From: Vicinamibacteria bacterium | Lineage (GTDB): Bacteria; Acidobacteriota; Vicinamibacteria; Vicinamibacterales; CAVVIG01 | NCBI GenBank assembly: GCA_041485905.1 | Contig: JBGPKK010000001.1 | Location: 38,141 to 102,140 of the forward strand | Direction: 5' to 3' | Length of the DNA stretch: 64,000 nt | In this document: piece after piece, positions 1 through 8,791 of the stretch | Numbering within the stretch: position 1 is the stretch's first letter | Layout of the letters: each line of letters begins with the position of its first letter | Made by a program: the position numbers and the translations under genes | The notes under the pieces: model-generated | Told to the model about the DNA's origin: nothing | What the model saw: only the letters and a program-made list of their open reading frames with translations | Database searches by the model: none

Positions 1-275
1 TCGGCCTCTGCGAGCTTGGCGTCGATCGCTTCCAGCCGAGCGTCCACCGCAACTTGCGCGGCACGAGCCGTCTCTCGCACGCTGTCCAGCTCCGCGGCCA
101 GCGCGTCGCGCTCGCGGATCGCCTCGGCGGCACGCGCCTCCGCGTCTTTCAGCGCCCGCTCGGCCTCTGCGAGCTTGGCGTCGATCGCTTCCAGCCGAGC
201 GTCCACCGCAACTTGTGCGGCACGGGCCGTCTCTCGCACGCTGTCCAGCTCCGCGGCCAGCGCGTCGCGCTCGCG
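1..275. repeat. Near-identical direct repeat, 1-116 and 160-275, offset 159 bp (53 codons)
   Basis: tcggcctctgcgagcttggcgtcgatcgcttccagccgagcgtccaccgcaactt... occurs twice, with only 2-3 substitutions by eye. Confidence 0.9.
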
Positions 276-1076
276 AGTCACAGCGTCGGTGCGCTCGATC
301 CCCGCTTTCACAGCTTGCTCGAGCTCCACGGATCGACGTTCGAGGCCTTCCACTTTCGACCGGTGGGCTTCGTCTTCCGCGGCGCGCGTGTCGGTCGCGC
401 GCTGGGCGGCGGCCAGCTCGCGCTGAAGCGTCGCCACGGTCTCGGTCAGCTGCGCCCGTGCCTCGCGCTGCTGGGCGAGCTCGGCGTCGAGTGCGGCGCT
501 GTTTGCGCGCTCGATGCGGAGTGAGCTCTGCGCCTCTTCGATGTCGCGGCGGAGCGCGATGACGGCTTCGCGTTCCGTCGCCAGCGCGGCCCGTTCCTGC
601 TCGAGGTCGCGGTCGCGTGCCGCGTGGGCACCACGTTCCTCTTCCCACGCCGACCGGGTGTCGCCAAGCTCCCGACTGAGCCGCGCGCCCGCGTCGCGCT
701 CGCCTTCGACCGCCGCCTGCGCCTGCTCGAGCTCGATCCGCAGCGACGTGGTGCCCGCGCGTTCCGCCTCGAGCGACCGCTGCGCCTCGGCGGTGGCAAC
801 GGTTGCGCGCTCCTGCGCGTGCAGCTGCGCCTCCAGCGTCGCTCGCGCTGCGGCCGCTGCGGCTTCCGCCGTCGCGACACGGGCCAACCCGAGAACCAGA
901 TCCTCCAGAGGCGCATGCTGATCCGGATGCGCGAGGGCGGCTTCGAGGGCAGCCAGGCGAGCATCGAGCGCCGTGCGCAGCGCGTCAAGCTCGCGCTGGG
1001 CGTTCTCAGCAAGATAACGCCTGATGGCTTCAGGCGACGGGTCGGCGGCCGGTGGGGTGACGCGGGGTTTGCTCAT
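1..1076 (-). CDS. Ala/Glu/Arg/Leu-rich coiled-coil protein (3' part lies beyond the window start)
   Basis: Not in the ORF track because no stop lies inside the window. My reverse-strand read from the ATG (plus-strand cat 1074-1076) gives MSKPRVTPPAADPSPEAIRRYLAENAQRELDALRTALDARLAALEAAL... and stays open to position 1. The plus-strand ORFs 16..426, 54..524, 215..562, 514..921 and 624..1154 look like low-complexity shadows of it. Confidence 0.6.
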   Translation of the reverse strand, partial: MSKPRVTPPAADPSPEAIRRYLAENAQRELDALRTALDARLAALEAALAHPDQHAPLEDLVLGLARVATAEAAAAAARATLEAQLHAQERATVATAEAQRSLEAERAGTTSLRIELEQAQAAVEGERDAGARLSRELGDTRSAWEEERGAHAARDRDLEQERAALATEREAVIALRRDIEEAQSSLRIERANSAALDAELAQQREARAQLTETVATLQRELAAAQRATDTRAAEDEAHRSKVEGLERRSVELEQAVKAGIERTDAVTRERDALAAELDSVRETARAAQVAVDARLEAIDAKLAEAERALKDAEARAAEAIRERDALAAELDSVRETARAAQVAVDARLEAIDAKLAEA

Positions 1077-1111
1077 CGCGGTGACGCGGGAAGCGATTAT
1101 AGTTTTAGTCT

Positions 1112-2221
1112 GTGGCCTCGAACGACGGATCGCCGGACCGGCCTGCCAATCTGATCGCAGCCGCGCACACGGCCGCCAGCTGGGCCCGCGCGCGACGCAC
1201 GACGTGGACCGACCCGCCGGTGAGCCCGGTGAACGTTGTCGCGACCGAACCACGGGTAAAGCGAACCTCGCCGGCTGCGATCGTGCCGGCACGCGAGGCC
1301 GCGGCGCCGCCAGTCCCGCCCGCACCTGTCGCGAATCTCCCGCCGCCGCTCGCGAGTGCTCCGCCGGTGCCGGTCGCGATCCGGCGGACCGTTGCGTCGC
1401 TTGCCGCTCGGACCGCGAAGCTGGTGGCCATCGGAGCACCCGTGATGCGATGGCTGCCTCGCGTGGCCGTCGCAGCGGCGCTGCTGGCGGGCGGCGTGGC
1501 GAGCCGGCAGTACGTATGGAACCCATGGAACATGGCGACGACCTCAAAGACCCCCGTCGCGCCGATCGGGCCAGCGCCGGGTAATCCAGCCGCGACCGCG
1601 CACAAAGCGAGAGGCGGATTACGGGTGAAGTCGACGCCCCCTGGCGCGCGCGTGTTCGTCGACGGCAAGATGCGCGGCGTCACGCCGGTAACGCTCGCGG
1701 ATGTGAACGTTGGCCGCCACACGATCGAGCTCAAGAGCGACGCGGGGACGGTGCAGCGGGCCGTCACCGTGGCCGCCGACCAAACGGCGGAGCTCGACGA
1801 GTCGATCTTCTCGGGATGGCTCGCCGTGTATGCGCCGTTCGATCTGGTCGTCACCGAAGGTGGACGCGCGTTCCGTCTCGACGACCGGAACCAGCTCCTG
1901 CTGTCTCCGGGACAACACGAGCTCCATCTGACGAATCGAACGCTCGGATACGACGTCGTGCGCCAAGTGGAGTTGAAACCGGGTGAAACGACGACTCTAT
2001 CGCTGAAACCGCCGCCATCGACGATGACGGTGACGGCGAGTGAAGCGGCGGAGGTCTGGGTGGACCGCGCCCGGGTTGGACAGACGCCGCTGACCGACCA
2101 TCCGGCCGAGCTCGGCTCGCACGAAATCGTCGTCCGACGCGCGGCCGGAGGCGAGCGCCGATCCACCGTCACCGTTACCGTGCGCCCATTCACGTTGAAC
2201 GTCGACTTCTCCAAGCCTTAG
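1112..2221 (+). CDS. PEGA-domain protein (membrane-anchored or secreted)
   Basis: ORF track. Two PEGA-like modules (LRVKSTPPGARVFVDGKMRGVTPVTLADVNVGRHTIELK; VTASEAAEVWVDRARVGQTPLTDHPAELGSHEIVV). A hydrophobic segment MRWLPRVAVAAALLAGGVA suggests the true start may be the internal Met near 1445. Confidence 0.75.
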   Translation: MASNDGSPDRPANLIAAAHTAASWARARRTTWTDPPVSPVNVVATEPRVKRTSPAAIVPAREAAAPPVPPAPVANLPPPLASAPPVPVAIRRTVASLAARTAKLVAIGAPVMRWLPRVAVAAALLAGGVASRQYVWNPWNMATTSKTPVAPIGPAPGNPAATAHKARGGLRVKSTPPGARVFVDGKMRGVTPVTLADVNVGRHTIELKSDAGTVQRAVTVAADQTAELDESIFSGWLAVYAPFDLVVTEGGRAFRLDDRNQLLLSPGQHELHLTNRTLGYDVVRQVELKPGETTTLSLKPPPSTMTVTASEAAEVWVDRARVGQTPLTDHPAELGSHEIVVRRAAGGERRSTVTVTVRPFTLNVDFSKP

Positions 2222-3210
2222 ACGGATTTGTCGCGCCACACGCGCGCGCCTTCCGTGCGGAACGGTCCCCAGTACACCCGGCCGACGCTGCCGTGGGTGC
2301 TCAACACGGCGCGCACGCGCTCGGCGAGATCGAGGCCGGCCGCTTCACCGTCGACGATCCCGTACACCGCCGGACCCCACGAGCTCTGCCCCACTCCCGA
2401 TGCGCCCCACTCTGCCATGCGGCGCACCAGTTCTTCGCTCGGCCCGGGCGCGAACATGCCACCCTGCACCGACTCGAACCAGCGACCGGTAATCGCCTGG
2501 ATCGCGCTCAGCGCGGCGCCGAACGTCGCGAGATCGTCTTCTGCGACCGCCGGGAGCAGCGCCATGAGCACGAGATGCGCGACACGCTCGGCGTCACGTT
2601 CGGGCGGCGGCGGCAACTGCGCGAACGCCTCCGCTTCCGCCGCGCCGCTCATGCCCGGCGGGGAGTCCGGCACGGCAACGACGCATCGCCAGCTGGGCGG
2701 GAACCTCAGCCGCGCGAGCAGTGGAGCGACATCGTTGTGCTCGGGCCGCCGTCCACCTTCGAGCACGAGACCTCCTCCGTCGAACGTCCACGTGCCGATG
2801 GCGGAGCGCTGCGCGCGTCCGACCTCGCGCGCCAGTGCGGGCGCGTCCGTCGCGAGCCCATGGAGCTCCGCCAGCGCACGCGCGACAGCGAGCGCGAGCT
2901 GAGTACCTGAGCCGAGTCCCGCGTGCGACGGCAGCGCGCGGTGCACGGACAGCCGGGCGCCACGTTCCAGGCGGTGATGGGTTAGAAACCGCCGCGCGAA
3001 ATCGGCGGCCCGATCGGCGTCCTCCCCGGTCACCGTCAACCTGTCGGCTGCGCCCGCCGAGACGAGGAGCGTCGGCTCGGGCGCCGCCGCGCCGATGCCG
3101 CCAAACCGGCGGCCGAGCGCGCCGCGAAGGTCGAGCAGCCCGAAATGAAGACGCGCAGGCGCTTCGACGAACACCGCCTGATCGCCCGCGGGCTGAGAAT
3201 GTCCGGTCAT
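2218..3210 (-). CDS. mptG: beta-ribofuranosylaminobenzene 5'-phosphate (beta-RFAP) synthase, GHMP-kinase fold
   Basis: Real start taken as MTGHSQ (Met100 of ORF 2218..3507). APARLHFGLLDL, LPSHAGLGSGTQLALAVA and SSWGPAVYG match the MptG family as I remember it. Its start overlaps the stop of the upstream gene by 4 nt. Confidence 0.85.
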   Translation of the reverse strand: MTGHSQPAGDQAVFVEAPARLHFGLLDLRGALGRRFGGIGAAAPEPTLLVSAGAADRLTVTGEDADRAADFARRFLTHHRLERGARLSVHRALPSHAGLGSGTQLALAVARALAELHGLATDAPALAREVGRAQRSAIGTWTFDGGGLVLEGGRRPEHNDVAPLLARLRFPPSWRCVVAVPDSPPGMSGAAEAEAFAQLPPPPERDAERVAHLVLMALLPAVAEDDLATFGAALSAIQAITGRWFESVQGGMFAPGPSEELVRRMAEWGASGVGQSSWGPAVYGIVDGEAAGLDLAERVRAVLSTHGSVGRVYWGPFRTEGARVWRDKSV

Positions 3211-3830
3211 TCTTGATCGGACGCGACAGGCGCGGAGCGGATGTGGTCGGTGAGCAGTGCCATCGCCTCGAACTCCTGGGCGCCCGCGGTCTTGTCCACG
3301 ATCACCTGCAGCCGGGCCATCTCGCTCTCCACGAAGGCGCGTGGCAGGAAATGGACGCGCGTGGCATAGATGGCCGCCTCGAGCACCGCGTGCCTCGCCC
3401 GGTTGTAACCGATGAACTCGCGGCGCGTCCCATGGTGGACGACCGCCATGTCGATTCGCGAGCGCGGCGGCGTACTGTCGATCGCGCGGATCGTCAGCTC
3501 CCGCCACGAGCAGCAGTCGGCAAGCACAACGCCGCGAACGGCCACCGCCGGCACTGTCGGGTACTGCGGATTCGCGATCGCGGCGCGGGCGAACACCCGC
3601 ACATCGTCAGTGAGGTTGACGACCGCCGCGCCGGTCGCCACCACATTGCGGTATGTCGCCGTCTCGATGAAGGGCTTGAGGACGATGGTGTCGCCGTGAG
3701 TGCCGGGGTCCCACTCGACGCCCATAGGGGCGCAGTTCACCGTGCCGTCTTCGGCCAGGGTCGTGACGATAGTCTCGACGATCACGATCCGATCCGCGTC
3801 TGAGTCACTTGCCACACTCCTGCGCGACAA
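3207..3830 (-). CDS. DUF447-family (flavin-reductase-like split-barrel) protein of H4MPT gene islands
   Basis: ORF track. IVETIVTTL..DGTVNCAPMGV and YRNVVATGAAVVNLTDD resemble the DUF447 proteins encoded next to mptG in methylotroph islands. Assignment is from memory. Confidence 0.7.
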   Translation of the reverse strand: MSRRSVASDSDADRIVIVETIVTTLAEDGTVNCAPMGVEWDPGTHGDTIVLKPFIETATYRNVVATGAAVVNLTDDVRVFARAAIANPQYPTVPAVAVRGVVLADCCSWRELTIRAIDSTPPRSRIDMAVVHHGTRREFIGYNRARHAVLEAAIYATRVHFLPRAFVESEMARLQVIVDKTAGAQEFEAMALLTDHIRSAPVASDQE

Positions 3831-4689
3831 GGGCGGAGTACGCGCCGGCGAGCTTGCGCGTCAAGGCGCCGGGCGTACCTCGATGACGCGTGGAACGCGA
3901 CGTCGGGCCGATCGGATGCGCGTCCACGCGAACGAGCGGCGCGAGCCCGCGCAGCGAGCTGGTAAGGAACGCCTCCCGTGCGTCCACGAGATCGGCCAGC
4001 CCGAATGCGCGCTGCTCGTTCGGGACACCGAGCGAGGTCGCGAGCTCGAGCACTGCCTCCCGCGTAAGACCCGGGAGTGCGCCGCACGAGACTGGCGGCG
4101 TCAGAAGGATGCTCCCGGTCCAGATGAACAAATTGCTCGACGTGGCCTCTGAGCAATGCGATTCGGTGTCGAGAAAAATCGCCTCGTCCGCGCCGGCCCG
4201 GTGCGCCTCGAGCCATGCGGCGACCGCGTCGGTGTAGCCGAGCGTCTTGAGCCCGGCCGTCATCGCCCGCTCATTGCGGAGTCCCGACGCGACGTGCGCC
4301 GTGAGGCCGACGTCGTAGATCGCCGCCGGGAACACGGGCAGTGGGCTTACAGCAACGATCACTGTCGGACGCGCGTCGAGAGACGGCGCGACGCCACCGG
4401 CGCCGAGGCCGCGGGTCACCGTGAGGCGGACAGCCGCGTCAACGCGACCCGCCGAACCCGTCGCATCAAGCACCCACTCGCGCAGCTCGGGAGATTCCGG
4501 GATCTGGAGTGCGGCGAGCGCGGAGACGAGCCGCGCGAGATGGCGGTCGAGCCGAAATACCGCGCCGCTCTCCGCGCGCATCGTCTCGAAGACGCCGTCG
4601 GCGAGCGTGAGGCCGCGGTCGTTCGCCGAGACATGCAGGCCAGAGGACGGCTGCCGCTCGCCGTTGACCCACACCGCCGGCACCGTCAC
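3805..4689 (-). CDS. pabC: aminodeoxychorismate lyase / class IV aminotransferase
   Basis: ORF track. DRGLTLADGVFETMRA, SSNLFIW and the LPGLTR motif. GTG start overlaps the pabA stop (GTGA). Confidence 0.8.
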   Translation of the reverse strand: MTVPAVWVNGERQPSSGLHVSANDRGLTLADGVFETMRAESGAVFRLDRHLARLVSALAALQIPESPELREWVLDATGSAGRVDAAVRLTVTRGLGAGGVAPSLDARPTVIVAVSPLPVFPAAIYDVGLTAHVASGLRNERAMTAGLKTLGYTDAVAAWLEAHRAGADEAIFLDTESHCSEATSSNLFIWTGSILLTPPVSCGALPGLTREAVLELATSLGVPNEQRAFGLADLVDAREAFLTSSLRGLAPLVRVDAHPIGPTSRSTRHRGTPGALTRKLAGAYSALVAQECGK

Positions 4690-5375
4690 CGTACCAGATC
4701 CACCGGCGGCGGGACAAAGGCGTCATGAGCAGACTCCCACGGCAGCGCCGCTTCCGCTGGCGCGTGCATACCGTCAGCCCGGTTCGGAAGCTCGCTCGCG
4801 CGCGAGCGGTCGCCGTGCAGGAAGCGATCGAGCATCGCGTATCCATGCTCGCTGGCGGCCGACTCCGGATGGAACTGGACACCGATAACGGGATGCGTGC
4901 GGTGTTCGACCGCCATAATCTCGCCGTCGTCTTTGGCGGAAGCGATTACGCGCAGCGATTCCGGCAGTGAGGCACGCGCGATCACGAGCGAGTGGTAACG
5001 CGCGACCCGCAGCGGCGACGGCAGCCCGGCAAAGATGCTCGAACCGTCATGGACGACAGGCGAGGTTCTACCGTGCAACGGGCGGCCGGCCCGCACGATA
5101 TCGGCGCCGTACGCGGCGCCGATGCACTGGTGGCCGAGGCACACGCCGAGAACAGGTATCGTCGCGCCGAAGCGCAGGACGACATCGGTCGAGATCCCGG
5201 CTTCGAGCGGCGAACAGGGGCCGGGCGACAGAATGATGTGGCTCGGCGAGAGCGTCTCGATCCCCTCCAGCGTCACCTCGTCGTTCCGGCGCACGACGGC
5301 CTCACCGCCCAGTTCGCGCACGTATCGCGCCAGGTTGTGGACGAAAGAATCGTAGTTGTCGATGAGAAGGATCAT
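4686..5375 (-). CDS. pabA: aminodeoxychorismate synthase, glutamine amidotransferase component
   Basis: Start at MILLIDNYDSFVHNL (Met139 of ORF 4686..5789). GVCLGHQ catalytic Cys and FHPES. ATGA overlap with the pabB stop. Confidence 0.9.
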   Translation of the reverse strand: MILLIDNYDSFVHNLARYVRELGGEAVVRRNDEVTLEGIETLSPSHIILSPGPCSPLEAGISTDVVLRFGATIPVLGVCLGHQCIGAAYGADIVRAGRPLHGRTSPVVHDGSSIFAGLPSPLRVARYHSLVIARASLPESLRVIASAKDDGEIMAVEHRTHPVIGVQFHPESAASEHGYAMLDRFLHGDRSRASELPNRADGMHAPAEAALPWESAHDAFVPPPVDLVR

Positions 5376-6931
5376 GCGGGCACCGCGAGGACGTCGATCA
5401 TACCGCGCGCCTTGTCGAGTGTCTCGCGGTACTCCTGTTCGGGGTCCGAGTCGGCCACGATCCCGCCGCCGGCGCTGAAGTACACCCGGCCGCCGCGTGC
5501 GACGGCGGTGCGGATGGCGATGCTGCTGTCGAGCGGCCCGGTGACGCTCCAGTATCCGATGGCGCCGCAGTACACGCCCCGCGCCGATGGCTCCAGCTCG
5601 GCGATGATCTCCATCGCGCGCACTTTCGGGGCGCCGGTAATGGAGCCACCGGGAAACGCCGCACGCAGCAGATCGGCCCCGTCCGCGCCGGGCGAAAGCT
5701 CCCCGACCACGGTCGAGACCAGGTGGTGGACGGTGGCGTAGCGCTCGAGCGCGAACAGCTCGGGCACGCGGACGGTGCCGGGAGCGCACACGCGGGATAA
5801 GTCGTTTCGCATCAGGTCGACGATCATCAGGTTCTCGGCGCGATCCTTCGCGCTCTCGGTAAGCACCACGCCGAGCGCCGCGTCATGCTCGGGTCCCACG
5901 CCGCGTGGACGGGTCCCCTTGACCGGGCGCGTCTCGACGTGCCCGCCGACGTCCACTTGCAGGAAGCGCTCGGGCGACGCGCTGAGCACGACCGCGTCCG
6001 GAAAATCCAGATAGGCGGCGAAGGGAGCAGGGTTCCGCGTGCGCAGCCGCCGATAGAGCGCCCACGGCGGCTCCTCGAGCGGCGCGTCAAAGCGCTGAGA
6101 CAGGTTGGCCTGAAAAATGTCGCCGGCGAAGATGTATTCACGCACGCGGGCGACCGCATCGAGGTAACCCCTGTGCGTGAACGACGATCGAATCGCAAGG
6201 TGCGGGTCCCACCATCCACCCTCGACCGGATAGGCTGGCGCCGGGGCGTCCCGTGCAGTCGTCAGTCGACGGTCGTCAGTCGACAGTCGATCGACGACCG
6301 ACGACTGTCGACTGTCGACTGTCGACTGTAACCGCGCCCGCACGTCGGCCGCGCGTCGAGCGGCGCGGCGAGCGCGGGCCGCTGGTGATGTTTCCGGTAG
6401 GCCGGTGGAAATCAACCATGCACGGGATGCGTCGTGATCCCATGCCAGCACCCAGTCGTACACGCCGAAGACGAGGTCGGGCAGCACGAGATCATCGTGG
6501 CGTGGCGCCGGAAGGCGCTCGAGCGCGCGGCCCCAGTCATATGCCACGTAGCCGGCGGCGCCTCCCTGAAAGGGCGGCAGCCCAGGCACCGGATCAGCAG
6601 CGTGCGGGGCGAGCCATCCACGAACGGCGGCGAGCGCGTCACCTGCGACGAAGGGCGTGGTGATGGCCGGCAGCCCGCTGCGCATCTCGAGGCAATCGGT
6701 CCGCGTCCCTTTGCTGCGCACGACGGCCACCGGATCGGCGACGAGAAAGGAATAGCGGCCAAGACGCGTTCCCGGCGCTGCGCTGTCGAGAAACAGGCGA
6801 TACGGAAGTCCCTCGAGCCGTTCGCAGCAGCTCGAGGGATCGGGCGGTGGAACCAGTTCCTCGACGAGCGGAACGACGTTCAAGATACCCTCAGCGGTAA
6901 GTGTGAGGTCTGAAGTCTCAAGAGTGCGCAC
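5372..6931 (-). CDS. pabB: aminodeoxychorismate synthase component I, with a repeat-encoded in-frame insert
   Basis: ORF track. YIFAGDIFQANLSQRF, PFAAYLDF, GTRPRG and SITGAPKVRAMEIIAELEPSARGVYCGAIGY are chorismate-utilising-enzyme motifs. Residues about 202-225 (QSTVDSRQSSVVDRLSTDDRRLTT) are encoded by the heptamer array at 6256-6328. Confidence 0.9.
   Translation of the reverse strand: MRTLETSDLTLTAEGILNVVPLVEELVPPPDPSSCCERLEGLPYRLFLDSAAPGTRLGRYSFLVADPVAVVRSKGTRTDCLEMRSGLPAITTPFVAGDALAAVRGWLAPHAADPVPGLPPFQGGAAGYVAYDWGRALERLPAPRHDDLVLPDLVFGVYDWVLAWDHDASRAWLISTGLPETSPAARARRAARRAADVRARLQSTVDSRQSSVVDRLSTDDRRLTTARDAPAPAYPVEGGWWDPHLAIRSSFTHRGYLDAVARVREYIFAGDIFQANLSQRFDAPLEEPPWALYRRLRTRNPAPFAAYLDFPDAVVLSASPERFLQVDVGGHVETRPVKGTRPRGVGPEHDAALGVVLTESAKDRAENLMIVDLMRNDLSRVCAPGTVRVPELFALERYATVHHLVSTVVGELSPGADGADLLRAAFPGGSITGAPKVRAMEIIAELEPSARGVYCGAIGYWSVTGPLDSSIAIRTAVARGGRVYFSAGGGIVADSDPEQEYRETLDKARGMIDVLAVPA
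6256..6328. repeat. Palindromic heptamer array (CAGTCGA-type arm followed by TCGACTG-type arm) inside pabB
   Basis: cagtcgt cagtcga cggtcgt cagtcga cagtcga | tcgacga ccgacga ctgtcga ctgtcga ctgtcga ctg. cagtcgacagtcga and tcgactgtcgactg are perfect reverse complements. Confidence 0.9.
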
Positions 6932-6965
6932 AGTGCAGACTTCAAACTTGAGACGTGAGACACGC

Positions 6966-8414
6966 TTACGGCTCCCGCTCGTTTGGATTCCGCCCGCTCT
7001 GCCGTGCCGTGTTCTGCGTCAGCCGCACGTGCGCGGACTTGTCCTCGTCTGGCGGCGTGAGATATCCCCACGACAACGCCCCTTCCTGGCGATAGGTCTT
7101 GCCAAGCGTCACCGCGAGGCTGGCGCGCGCCAGTTCCTTACCCAGGTAAAAAGCGTGCGTCGGTTCGTTGACGTCGAGCTGCGCGAAGATGGCCTGCAGA
7201 TCCGTGCCGCGGACGAAGCGATCGCTGTTCAGCACGGTGATCGCCTCGTGGTCGGTGAAGATGCGGAAATTGGGATCGGTGATGCCGGACTGCAGCGCGC
7301 GGAGCTCGTCTTCAGTGAAGGTGAGCACGGCCGGATCCTTCACCGTGACGAGGCGGTCGTCCACACCTTTGGGGATCGTGGGTTGTGTGACCGCGTAGTG
7401 CATGAGCCGTCGCGCCACATCCACTTCGCGCACGGCGCCGCGCGCCCATGGGATGACTTCTGTCGTGAGCACCGTGCGCACGCCCAGTTCCTGGCAGACG
7501 GCGATCAGCAGAGCGTTCACGCCGGTCGAGTCGGCCGCGGTGAGCTCGGTGAGGTTGCCGATTCCCATCAGCATCTCCGCATCCGGATACCGTCGCCGCA
7601 CCTCAGCGTAGCGCTCGAGTGACGCCATGAAACCGAAGCCGATCGGCTCCAGGATCGGATCGATCAGGCACGGGACGCCCCACCGCATGAGCTTCTCGAG
7701 ACTGGGGTCCAGCGTGTCCAACGCGGCGCCGAGATCGGGCACCACGACCACGCGTGCGCCGGTGCCGGCGAGGTCGCGCGCGGTCTCGATGTTCGAGCGG
7801 TTCACGCTCAGCACGAGCTCGGCTCCAGCCGCGACCGCCGTGCGGATCTCGTCCGCGTCGAACGTATCGACGCTCACGCGCATCCCGGCCGCGGTGAGCT
7901 CGCCGACGACGTCGCCCAGCGCGGGGAAAGCCAGACCGGGGGTGCACCCGATGTCGATCACGTCGGCGCCAGACAGACGGAAATAATCCGCCGCGGCGCG
8001 CAGGGCCTCGCGCGACAGCCTTGGCGCATTGTTGATCTCGGCCAGGATTTCGATGTCCCAGGCGCCGTATTCGCGTGTCGCCGATGCCCGACCGAAGTGT
8101 TGCGGGATCTCGCGCAGGTCCTTGGGCCCTTTCTCCACCCGCACGCCGAGCTTCTCGCCGATCACCTGCGGGGACCCTTCGCACAGCCCTGGGATCAGCA
8201 CCAGGTCCGTGCCCTCCGGCACGTCCTGCCGATCAAGGTTGCGCGCGATCCAGTCGGTCGTCATGAGCGCCGCGACCGTGATCCGGAGCACGCTGACGTC
8301 GTACGCAAAGGGCGGCGCCATCTCGGCGAGGACGCGGCGGAGCGCCGGCTCGGCGAGTCGGCCGGTGACGAACAGCACGCGGCGCGACTCGGTCAGCGGG
8401 CTGGGGCTCTCCAT
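6966..8414 (-). CDS. dihydropteroate-synthase-like pterin-binding protein (H4MPT biosynthesis type)
   Basis: Start at MESPSPL (Met100 of ORF 6966..8711), ATGA overlap with the upstream stop. GADVIDIGCTPG is a pterin-binding-domain motif. Length and flanking domains fit the long DHPS-like proteins of H4MPT islands. Confidence 0.8.
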   Translation of the reverse strand: MESPSPLTESRRVLFVTGRLAEPALRRVLAEMAPPFAYDVSVLRITVAALMTTDWIARNLDRQDVPEGTDLVLIPGLCEGSPQVIGEKLGVRVEKGPKDLREIPQHFGRASATREYGAWDIEILAEINNAPRLSREALRAAADYFRLSGADVIDIGCTPGLAFPALGDVVGELTAAGMRVSVDTFDADEIRTAVAAGAELVLSVNRSNIETARDLAGTGARVVVVPDLGAALDTLDPSLEKLMRWGVPCLIDPILEPIGFGFMASLERYAEVRRRYPDAEMLMGIGNLTELTAADSTGVNALLIAVCQELGVRTVLTTEVIPWARGAVREVDVARRLMHYAVTQPTIPKGVDDRLVTVKDPAVLTFTEDELRALQSGITDPNFRIFTDHEAITVLNSDRFVRGTDLQAIFAQLDVNEPTHAFYLGKELARASLAVTLGKTYRQEGALSWGYLTPPDEDKSAHVRLTQNTARQSGRNPNEREP

Positions 8415-8776
8415 CAGCGCGGGTCGCCGCTCCGCACGAACTTGTTCGGCGTGCCCGTGAGTGCGCCACCGTCTGCCGGTCGCCAGAGTGCGACGTCCTC
8501 GATGCGGCGAGCCAGCGCGAAATCCTTGTCGGTGATTCCACCGGCGCTGTGCGTCGCCAGCTTGACCGTCACGCGGCCCCACGTCACTGCCAGATCGGGA
8601 TGATGGTAGGCGGCCTCCGCGATGTAGCCGATGGCGTTGACGAGCATGAGCGTCGTCGGCCACCCGTCGGTCTTGTACACACGGCGAATCCACCCGTCCT
8701 CGAAGTACCACCCGGGCAACTCGCTCAGGCGCCGGGCGATCTGCGACTCGTCGTATGTTTTCTCTTTATCTGACAT
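8414..8776 (-). CDS. pterin-4a-carbinolamine dehydratase-like protein
   Basis: ORF track. LPGWYFEDGWIRRVYK...AEAAYHHPDLAVTWGRVTVKLATHSAGGITDKD is the PCD/DCoH signature. Confidence 0.85.
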   Translation of the reverse strand: MSDKEKTYDESQIARRLSELPGWYFEDGWIRRVYKTDGWPTTLMLVNAIGYIAEAAYHHPDLAVTWGRVTVKLATHSAGGITDKDFALARRIEDVALWRPADGGALTGTPNKFVRSGDPR

Positions 8777-8791
8777 GCGAGCGGCCTCCTG

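Noticed and set aside
16-1154. Plus-strand ORFs at the left edge (16..426, 54..524, 215..562, 514..921, 624..1154) and minus ORF 446..1012.
   Set aside because: All are Ala/Ser/Arg low-complexity. The reverse-strand frame starting at 1076 gives a coherent coiled-coil sequence and explains the in-frame repeat.
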